Shown here piece by piece: positions 1 through 6,510 of a stretch of 13,572 nucleotides of DNA. Origin of the DNA: Rhodothermales bacterium (GTDB taxonomy: Bacteria > Bacteroidota > Rhodothermia > Rhodothermales > VXPQ01). Within the stretch, counting starts at the first letter, position 1, and every line of letters begins with the position of its first letter. The DNA is taken from positions 1-13,572 of the forward strand of contig JBBDTI010000002.1 of assembly GCA_040904565.1 (NCBI GenBank), given 5' to 3'. Below the pieces are notes generated by a model. It did no database searches. It had not been told where the DNA came from and saw only the letters and a list, made by a program, of their open reading frames with translations. The translations under genes and the position numbers were made by a program.

Positions 1-1
1 T

Positions 2-148
2 GCCGAATTGAAGGCGTCCATCGCCGAACTGCGCACGGAGGTCGTCCGCATGTCCACCGAATCGGAGACGCGGATGATGCGCTGGGGCATCACTATGATT
101 ATCTCGATGGCGACGATCTTCACCCTGCTCGACATCTTTATCGATTAG
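2..148 (+). CDS. DUF1640/CCDC90-like coiled-coil membrane-anchored protein, 3' fragment (5' end outside window)
   Basis: Not in ORF track. Frame 2 translates AELKASIAELRTEVVRMSTESETRMMRWGITMIISMATIFTLLDIFID-TAG(146-148), nearly identical to the C-terminal half of the protein at 1237-1593. Confidence 0.9.
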   Translation, partial: AELKASIAELRTEVVRMSTESETRMMRWGITMIISMATIFTLLDIFID

Positions 149-163
149 GAGTCTGTCGACGAA

Positions 164-1057
164 TCAACGGCCTCCCCATCCGCAGTCGTACACCCGCACG
201 TACTCCACCTCCATCCGCTGCGGCCAGATGTCGGGGTCGACGCCCTGCTGCCCGCCCCACGCCCCGCCGACGGCGATGTTGAGGATGATGTGGAAGGGAT
301 GATCGAACGGCCACTCGGGCTGACCCGCCTCCTCATCCACAAGAGTTTCGTTCTCGAACGTGAAATAGTGCTCGTCGTTGACGTAGCCGCGGATCTCCTC
401 GGGCGTCCACTCGACCGCATAGACGTTGAAGTCCGTCCGCGCCGTCGGCACCTCGATCTGCGCGCCCTTGTGGGTGCCTATCGAGTGGTTGTAGGCGCCC
501 GTGTGGACGGTCGAATGCACGACGTCCGGATCGTGCCCCACGTGCTCCATGATGTCGATCTCCCCGCCGAGCGGCCAGCCGCCGTACGCGCTGAGATCGG
601 GCAGCATCCAGATGGCGGGCCACGTGCCGCGCCCCGACGGCAGCTTCGCGCTCGCCTCGAACCGCCCGTACGTCCACTCCTCACGCGTGAGCAGGCGGGC
701 TGAGGTGTATTCGCGGCCGTCGTACGCCGCCGTGCCTGCAGTATCTCCGTCTTTCCGCGCCTCGACGATCAGGCGGCCGTCCTCCACGCGGGCATTCTCC
801 GGTCGGGCCCCCGTATAATACTGCAGCTCGTCGTTCCCCCATCCGTGCCCGCCCACGTCGTAGCGCCATTTTTCCGGGTCCGGGAGGCCGTCGTTTTCGA
901 ACTCGTCGGCCCAGACAAGCGCGCAGTCGCTCTGTGCAGCGGTCGTACCGGCCGCCTCCTGCTCCTCCGATTCGCCAGGCGGCGTGCAGGAGGCACACGC
1001 AAGACCGGTAAGGATCGCGGAAAGCAGTAGGACGGGGCGGAGAGGGAGACGCTGCAT
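164..1057 (-). CDS. Glycoside hydrolase family 16 (laminarinase / endo-beta-1,3-glucanase), probably a secreted lipoprotein
   Basis: Catalytic motif GEIDIME, plus WADEF, GWGNDELQYY, YTSARL, GTWPAIWML, WPFDHPFHIILNIAVGG. Basic N-terminus, hydrophobic stretch and Cys (LACASC) suggest a lipoprotein signal. From memory, closely resembles the Rhodothermus marinus laminarinase. Confidence 0.95.
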   Translation of the reverse strand: MQRLPLRPVLLLSAILTGLACASCTPPGESEEQEAAGTTAAQSDCALVWADEFENDGLPDPEKWRYDVGGHGWGNDELQYYTGARPENARVEDGRLIVEARKDGDTAGTAAYDGREYTSARLLTREEWTYGRFEASAKLPSGRGTWPAIWMLPDLSAYGGWPLGGEIDIMEHVGHDPDVVHSTVHTGAYNHSIGTHKGAQIEVPTARTDFNVYAVEWTPEEIRGYVNDEHYFTFENETLVDEEAGQPEWPFDHPFHIILNIAVGGAWGGQQGVDPDIWPQRMEVEYVRVYDCGWGGR

Positions 1058-1142
1058 CGTCTGGTTGTCTGTCGCGTAGGCGGTGGATGTAGGGGCGGAT
1101 GGATCCCGGGCGCGAGTCCTTCGGTGATCGATTTCATTCCGC

Positions 1143-1173
1143 AGGTTATATCGGCGGACTTTACGTGTCTAAT
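1143..1173 (+). promoter_or_regulatory. Bipartite motif AGGTTATATC-N12-GTGTCTAAT, candidate ECF-sigma promoter, copy 1
   Basis: Both boxes and the spacing recur identically at 3758-3788. Both copies lie upstream of DUF1640 genes. GTCTAA resembles ECF -10 elements. Confidence 0.6.
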
Positions 1174-1236
1174 GAATATACCAACCGCATTTCCCGGCCG
1201 AACCGAACTCGCCCCTACACGTTACGTGAATGTAAG

Positions 1237-1593
1237 GTGAACGAAGATTTGACACGGCACATTCTCGTGAACGCAAATTTCAGTGCGGAGCAGGCCGAAG
1301 CGCTCTCGCGGCTCCTCGCCGAGACGGCGACGCGTACGGAGCTCTTCGCCATGGAAGAACGGCTCATCTCCCGCATGGAGGGCATGGAGTCGACGTTGCG
1401 AGCAGAGATCGCGACGTCCATCGCGGGAATGCGTGCTGAAATGAAAGCGTCCATCGCCGAGCTGCGCACCGAGGTTGTCCGCATGTCCGTCGAATCGGAA
1501 ACGCGGATGATGCGCTGGGGCATCACGATGATCCTATCGATGATAATCTCGATGGCGACGATCTTCACCCTGCTGGATATTTTTATTGACTGA
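1237..1593 (+). CDS. DUF1640/CCDC90-like coiled-coil protein with C-terminal TM anchor (118 aa)
   Basis: Start reassigned from 1099 to GTG 1237 because the paralog at 1711 begins GTG-NEDLTR at the equivalent position with a conserved leader. Head FSAEQAEAL, neck ATRTEL, 11-residue coiled-coil repeats, hydrophobic tail RWGITMILSMIISMATIFTLL. Confidence 0.88.
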   Translation: MNEDLTRHILVNANFSAEQAEALSRLLAETATRTELFAMEERLISRMEGMESTLRAEIATSIAGMRAEMKASIAELRTEVVRMSVESETRMMRWGITMILSMIISMATIFTLLDIFID

Positions 1594-1640
1594 GGGTTTA
1601 TCGACTGAGGATGTCATGGACGGAGATCCATTGATGACGC
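1582..1640 (+). repeat. Degenerate ~15-bp tandem repeat of the gene's last codons and stop
   Basis: tttattgactgaggg (1582-1596), tttatcgactgagga (1597-1611), then more decayed gtcatggacggaga and tccattgatgacgc. Confidence 0.7.
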
Positions 1641-1710
1641 GTGCTTTCGATGTCCGATCGGTCGATCGGGGCAGAACAGGAATCACCTTCATACGTAATG
1701 TGAATGTACG

Positions 1711-1989
1711 GTGAACGAAGATCTAACACGGTATATTCTCGTGAAGGCGAATTTCAGTTCGGAGCAGACCGAAGCCCTCGTACGGGTCTTGGGAGAAACG
1801 GCGACGCGCACGGAACTGGCCGCCATGGAGGAGCGGCTCGTTTCCCGCATGGATGGCATGGAGACGCGACTGCGCGCGGAGATTACCCGTGTCGTGGCCG
1901 ACTCTCAAACGCTGATGATGCGCTGGGGCATCACCATGATCGTTTCGATGGCGACGATCTTCACCCTGCTGGACATCTTCATTGACTGA
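1711..1989 (+). CDS. DUF1640/CCDC90-like coiled-coil protein with C-terminal TM anchor (92 aa), tandem paralog
   Basis: GTG start. MNEDLTRYILVKANFSSEQTEAL...ATRTEL...RWGITMIVSMATIFTLLDIFID aligns end to end with 1237-1593. Confidence 0.9.
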   Translation: MNEDLTRYILVKANFSSEQTEALVRVLGETATRTELAAMEERLVSRMDGMETRLRAEITRVVADSQTLMMRWGITMIVSMATIFTLLDIFID

Positions 1990-2067
1990 GCATTCATTGA
2001 CTGAGCATTTATCGACTGAAGATTTCTAGACTGAGGATTTTTCGCCGGAGAATTTATCGCGTGAGAA
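1978..2067 (+). repeat. Six-unit 15-bp degenerate tandem repeat spanning a convergent intergenic region
   Basis: ttcattgactgagca x2, tttatcgactgaaga, tttctagactgagga, tttttcgccggagaa, tttatcgcgtgagaa, with an exact 15-bp period. Confidence 0.85.
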
Positions 2068-3136
2068 CGTCCACGATCCGCTCCGACGCGCGGCCGTCCC
2101 ACAGTGGCGGCACCTCGCCTTTAGAACCGGCCCCGGCCAATCGCTCGCGCACGCGCCGCACGATGACGTCGGCGTCGTAGGGTAGCAGCTCGTTCGTGCC
2201 CATCGTGACGGTGATCGGACGCTCGGTGTTGTCGCGCAGCGTCAGGCACGGCACCTGTAGATAGGTGGTCTCTTCCTGGATGCCGCCCGAGTCGGTGACG
2301 ACGATCGCGGCGTTATCCATCAACCGGAGAAACTCAAGGTAGCCCAGCGGCTCGAGGAGGCGGACGTTGCCGATGGCCTCGAGCTCCGCATCCAGCCCCA
2401 TCTCGCCGAACCGGTTGCGGGTGCGCGGATGCATCGGAAAGACGACGGGAAGCTGCGCCGCCACGCAGCGGAGCACCGAGAGCAGTTCCCGGAGCCCCTC
2501 TTCGTGGTCGACGTTGCCCGGGCGGTGCATCGTCACGAGCGCGTAGCCGCCTTCCTTGATACCGAACCGTTCCAGCACGTCCGCCTCGGCCGCCTTCTCG
2601 CGGAAATGCACCAGCGAGTCAATCATGACGTTGCCGACCATGTGCACTTTCTCGTCCGCCACCCCCTCGGCCTTCAGGTTGTCGATGCCGCTCTGCTCGG
2701 TCACGAAAAGATGGTCGGAGATGCTGTCGGTGACGATCCGGTTGATCTCCTCGGGCATCCCGCGGTCGCCGCTTCGCAGGCCCGCTTCGACGTGCGCCAC
2801 CGGGACGTGGAGCTTGGTCGAGACGAGCGCGCACGCCATGGTGGAGTTGACGTCGCCGACGACGAGGACGAGGTCCGGCTCCACGTCCATCACGACCTCC
2901 TCGAACCCCTCCATAATCCGGGCGGTCTGAACCGCGTGCGACGCGCTCCCCACGCCCAGGTAGATGTCCGGCTCGGGCATTTCGAGCTGGCGGAAGAAGA
3001 TGTCGCTCATTTTCTCATCGTAATGCTGGCCGGTGTGGACGACCATCGACTCGATGCCGCGAGACAGCATCTCCCGGTGCAGCGGCGCGACCTTCATGAA
3101 GTTGGGGCGCGCGCCGACGACGTTGATGATTTTCAT
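2054..3136 (-). CDS. wecB: UDP-N-acetylglucosamine 2-epimerase (non-hydrolysing)
   Basis: True start MKIINVVGARPNFMK at ATG 3136. Motifs HTGQHYD, VVGDVNST, HVEAGLRS, MPEEINR, GNVMID, TDSGGIQEE, RDNTERP, WDGRASERI. Confidence 0.95.
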   Translation of the reverse strand: MKIINVVGARPNFMKVAPLHREMLSRGIESMVVHTGQHYDEKMSDIFFRQLEMPEPDIYLGVGSASHAVQTARIMEGFEEVVMDVEPDLVLVVGDVNSTMACALVSTKLHVPVAHVEAGLRSGDRGMPEEINRIVTDSISDHLFVTEQSGIDNLKAEGVADEKVHMVGNVMIDSLVHFREKAAEADVLERFGIKEGGYALVTMHRPGNVDHEEGLRELLSVLRCVAAQLPVVFPMHPRTRNRFGEMGLDAELEAIGNVRLLEPLGYLEFLRLMDNAAIVVTDSGGIQEETTYLQVPCLTLRDNTERPITVTMGTNELLPYDADVIVRRVRERLAGAGSKGEVPPLWDGRASERIVDVLTR

Positions 3137-3179
3137 AGGGTGGATGGGTGGATGATGATGTGGTGAGTGATGGCGCGAT

Positions 3180-3719
3180 GTGAAGATAACCGAGCGCGCG
3201 GTGCCGTTCACATCCGTAACGACGGCTTCCGGGTGCTTTGCGAGATCGTGCGCCGCAACGATTTGTGAGCTCATCGGCGGGCGCATCATCGCCATGTCGC
3301 CGATCGGATGGTCCCACGCGAATATCGTCCTGCGTCTGAGCGAACTGCTCTGGCAGGGCGGAACGTATCAGGTAAGCGTTCAGAATCCGCTCAGGCTGGA
3401 CCGTTACAACGAGCCGCGGCCGGACGTCGCCCTGCTGCGTCGAGACCACGATCCGACCGGACCGATGCTGGCCAAACATGCCGTGCTGGTAGTCGAGGTA
3501 GCGGATTCGTCGCTGTCGTTCCACGTGCGCGTCAAGCTGCCGCGCTACGCACAGGCGGGCATCCCCGAAGCGTGGATCGTGGACGTGGAGCACCGTCGCA
3601 TCGAGGTCTTCCGGAATCCGGACAACGGGCGGTACCTGGACCGCCGCATCCTGGCGCCAGGCGATCGGATCGACGAGCCCGGCGGCGCAGCGATCGAGGT
3701 GGTGGACGTTTTTCCGTGA
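3180..3719 (+). CDS. Uma2 family (DUF820) PD-(D/E)xK endonuclease-like protein; N-terminus atypical, start uncertain
   Basis: ELIGGRIIAMSPIGWSH, EPRPDVAL, LVVEVADSS, KLPRYAQAGIPEAWIVD match the Uma2 pattern. The first ~29 residues do not resemble the usual N-terminus. Confidence 0.8.
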   Translation: MKITERAVPFTSVTTASGCFARSCAATICELIGGRIIAMSPIGWSHANIVLRLSELLWQGGTYQVSVQNPLRLDRYNEPRPDVALLRRDHDPTGPMLAKHAVLVVEVADSSLSFHVRVKLPRYAQAGIPEAWIVDVEHRRIEVFRNPDNGRYLDRRILAPGDRIDEPGGAAIEVVDVFP

Positions 3720-3757
3720 TGTCGAGACGCTCGTAGCCGCCCCATCGCGGCGGCGTA

Positions 3758-3788
3758 AGGTTATATCTGACGCGGGCAGGTGTCTAAT
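3758..3788 (+). promoter_or_regulatory. Bipartite motif AGGTTATATC-N12-GTGTCTAAT, candidate ECF-sigma promoter, copy 2
   Basis: Same boxes and same spacing as 1143-1173. Ends 107 nt upstream of the DUF1640 gene at 3896. Confidence 0.6.
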
Positions 3789-3895
3789 CTTGTAGGCGTC
3801 ATAATGTGCGGGTGCCTACCGTCTGGTGTGTTGCGTTGCCTGCCTGCCTCGACCGTTATTCGGAAACGTTCTCACGATCTTAATCGTATCCAACA

Positions 3896-4240
3896 TTGGA
3901 TCAGGATTTTATTCGCAGCCACCTCGAAAAGTCGGATTTCAGTCCCGTGCAAGCCGACGGCCTCTCACAGATTCTCGCCGACATGGCCACGAAGGACGAC
4001 CTGCAGCTGCTGAAGGCGGACCTCACGTCGGAGATGCGCCAGGGCTTCGCCCAGATGCGAGCGGAGATGCACAAGGAGCTGGCCACGTTCCGAATTGAGA
4101 GCGTTCAAGCCACCGAGAAGCTTCGCTCGGATCTGAGCGACGCCATCTTGGAAATTCAGGCGAGTACCCTGCGGTGGGTCATCGCGCTCATCATCGCACT
4201 GACGTCCATCGTTGCGCTGCTGGAGGTGCTGATCGAGTGA
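3896..4240 (+). CDS. DUF1640/CCDC90-like coiled-coil protein with C-terminal TM anchor (114 aa), divergent paralog
   Basis: TTG start. Head FSPVQADGL, beta-layer neck MATKDDL, coiled coil, TM tail RWVIALIIALTSIVALLEVLIE. Confidence 0.88.
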   Translation: MDQDFIRSHLEKSDFSPVQADGLSQILADMATKDDLQLLKADLTSEMRQGFAQMRAEMHKELATFRIESVQATEKLRSDLSDAILEIQASTLRWVIALIIALTSIVALLEVLIE

Positions 4241-4276
4241 GGCGTTGTCGATCGAGCCGGGAATGAGGCGCGAGCC

Positions 4277-5311
4277 TCAGGCCGCCTTGACGGATTCGAC
4301 GTAGACGCTGTCGGCCAGGTACGTGAGGGCGCCCACGCGCCGGCTCGCCGAACGCAGGCGCTCGGAGGCGTCGATCGCCAGACGGTAGGTCGGCGGCATG
4401 AGGTGACGATCGCTTTTCTGCAGTCCCAGCCCGAAGTAGCAGTCGACGCTTACGTCGGACGGACCCACCAGCTCCTCGAACCGCTCCCGCAGTTCGCCGA
4501 CGCTCCAGTACCTCACCTCGAAGTCCTTCGGCTCCCTGAACCGGCGCCGCGCCTGATGGTAGAGCGATCGCACGCCGATGCGATGGGGCATCTGGATGAG
4601 ACTGCGGCCGCCCGGCCGCAGTACCCGCTCGATCTCGGCGAGCACGACGCCCACGTTGTCTTTGCTGAGGTGCTGGAGGACGCTGTAGGAAAAGACGGCT
4701 TCGTAGGATGCTTCCCGGAACGGCAGGTAGCGGGCATCCGCGACGACGCCGCGGATCGGCAGGCCCATCTGCCGCGCCACCCGACGGGCCGCCATGACGG
4801 CGCCGAGGGAGGGGTCGATGCCGGTGACGGTGTAGCCTTTCCGCGCCGCCGCGACGCACCAGCGCCCCCAGTTGCAGCCCAGGTCGAGCAGCGGGGCTCC
4901 GCCTCCGGGCGGAAGCCGCAATTCGGGAATGGGATATGCCGACAGCTTGCCGACGAGGTGCTTATAGGTGAAGCCGCTCGTCGCCGCGACCATGAAGGCG
5001 ACGACGGGATCGATGGGGTGGTTTTCCCGAGCGGCCATCTCGGCGAGCTCGGCCTTCTCTCGCTCGCTGATGCCGAGCGTATCCAGATACAGATCATCCC
5101 GTTTCTCGCCTTTCAGTCCGTCGCGCGCGGCGGCGAGCGACGAAGAAGCCACGCCGATCGTCTGCTCGGCCTCTTCGACGAGCATCACCGGGATGCCGTC
5201 GACGACCGGGTACGTCCGCCCACCCTGCGATGCCAGGGCACCGTCGACGACGCGGAGGGGCGTCTTGTCGACGGGGCAGACGAGCTGTTCGAGATACCAG
5301 GGATCTATCAT
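4277..5311 (-). CDS. Class I SAM-dependent methyltransferase with fused N-terminal Trm112-like domain
   Basis: N-terminal LEQLVCPVDKTPL...YPVVDGIPVML (Trm112/UPF0434-like). SAM motif LLDLGCNWG, then GIDPS, ADARYLPF, FSYSVLQH, RVLRPGG. Confidence 0.9.
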   Translation of the reverse strand: MIDPWYLEQLVCPVDKTPLRVVDGALASQGGRTYPVVDGIPVMLVEEAEQTIGVASSSLAAARDGLKGEKRDDLYLDTLGISEREKAELAEMAARENHPIDPVVAFMVAATSGFTYKHLVGKLSAYPIPELRLPPGGGAPLLDLGCNWGRWCVAAARKGYTVTGIDPSLGAVMAARRVARQMGLPIRGVVADARYLPFREASYEAVFSYSVLQHLSKDNVGVVLAEIERVLRPGGRSLIQMPHRIGVRSLYHQARRRFREPKDFEVRYWSVGELRERFEELVGPSDVSVDCYFGLGLQKSDRHLMPPTYRLAIDASERLRSASRRVGALTYLADSVYVESVKAA

Positions 5312-5316
5312 CTATC

Positions 5317-6471
5317 CTATGCCGCCTGTTCGTCGGCCCGCTCGTCGGGCAGCGGGCCGTTCAGCCCGCGAAGTTTGACGATCCGTGGCTGCTTCTCTTC
5401 CACCGCCGTAAGCCGCTGGAATACGCTCGCCACCGTGGGGTAGTCCAGACTGCTCAGGAAGAGGCGGGTGGATACGGCCAGCGCGGCGAGGGGAAAGATC
5501 CAGAAGCGAAATTCGATGGCGGCCATCAGGACGGCCATGATGCCGAAAACGAGGCTCACGCCGTACATGGCGAAGACGGCCCGGCGGTGCCCGTAGCGCG
5601 CCAGCAGTCGGTGGTGGATGTGGTCGTGGTCGGAGTCGAAGATCGGCCGGTGCTCCACGAGACGGCGCGCCATCGCCACGGCCGTATCGACGAACGGAAG
5701 GCCGAGCACGACGGCGCCGACGAGAAGCTGGTCCGCCGTGGCGGCCATCCCGAAGCCGCCCAGCGTCATAGCGGCGATGGCGTAGCCGATCAGCATACTC
5801 CCGCAGTCGCCCATGAAGATCGTGGCGGGGTGGCTGTTGTGGACGAGGAATCCGGCCAGGACGCCGGTCAGGATCAGTGCGGGAAGGAAGAGGGCGAACT
5901 CGCCGCGAATGCCGAAGGCGGCCGTGAGGGAGGCGACGATCACCAGGCAGACGCCCGCCGCGAGTCCGTCGAGCCCGTCCAGGAGATTTACGGCGTTGAT
6001 GATGGCCACCGTCCACACGATCGTCAGCGGCAGCGAGTAGAGCGCCGCCACGTACGGATCACCATCCACGAACGGCAGAAACGAGACGTCGATGCGAAAG
6101 CCCGCGTGGATGAGGCTGTAGGCCGCGGCGACCTGCATCAGGAATTTGTAGTTGGTCCGCAGCCCGAACACGTCGTCGTAGAGTCCGGCCGCGAGGATGA
6201 GTGCGGCGCCGATCCACAGCGGCGCTGTCTGGTGGGCGAAGTCGAGTCCCGTGACCGCGGCCGTTCCCGCGAGGAGGATCCACACGACGGCGAAGCCCGC
6301 CGCCATGGCGAGTCCGCCCACGTTCGGAACCACCCGCGCGTGCCGCTTGCGGTGTCCGTCGGGCCGGTCGACCACATCGAATCGGGCGGCCATCTTCCCG
6401 ACGATCGGTGTCAGGACGACGACCGATGCGGCGGCGAGAAACCATCCCGCGATGAGATACAGGGCGTTCAT
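5317..6471 (-). CDS. Undecaprenyl-phosphate alpha-N-acetylglucosaminyl-1-phosphate transferase (WecA/TagO/MraY family)
   Basis: Polytopic membrane protein with DRPDGHRKRH, PNVGG, GLYDD, NAVNLLDGLDGLA, IFMGDCGS and DHIHHRL motifs. Confidence 0.92.
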   Translation of the reverse strand: MNALYLIAGWFLAAASVVVLTPIVGKMAARFDVVDRPDGHRKRHARVVPNVGGLAMAAGFAVVWILLAGTAAVTGLDFAHQTAPLWIGAALILAAGLYDDVFGLRTNYKFLMQVAAAYSLIHAGFRIDVSFLPFVDGDPYVAALYSLPLTIVWTVAIINAVNLLDGLDGLAAGVCLVIVASLTAAFGIRGEFALFLPALILTGVLAGFLVHNSHPATIFMGDCGSMLIGYAIAAMTLGGFGMAATADQLLVGAVVLGLPFVDTAVAMARRLVEHRPIFDSDHDHIHHRLLARYGHRRAVFAMYGVSLVFGIMAVLMAAIEFRFWIFPLAALAVSTRLFLSSLDYPTVASVFQRLTAVEEKQPRIVKLRGLNGPLPDERADEQAA

Positions 6472-6510
6472 GAGGTGGTGGGTTTGTGCGTGTGGTGGGT
6501 TGGGCGGCGC

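Noticed and set aside
1099-1236. N-terminal extension of the 164-aa ORF 1099-1593
   Set aside because: Paralog alignment places the start at GTG 1237. The extension covers the AT-rich promoter-like motif.
1978-2067. Possible CRISPR array (also considered for 12801-12890)
   Set aside because: Units are 15-16 bp, contiguous, with no unique spacers and no cas genes.
3137-3295. His-rich N-terminal extension of wecB (RHHSPHHHPPIHP)
   Set aside because: Translation of a C/A-rich untranslated leader. WecB homologs start at MKI...VGARPNFMK, and the extension overlaps the Uma2 gene.
3736-3754. GCCGCC/GGCGGC hairpin after Uma2 as a terminator
   Set aside because: Short stem with no U-tract. Expected by chance at this GC content.
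2-4240. DUF1640 paralogs as a diversity-generating retroelement or prophage
   Set aside because: No reverse transcriptase, integrase or phage structural genes in the window. Differences between paralogs are not adenine-specific.
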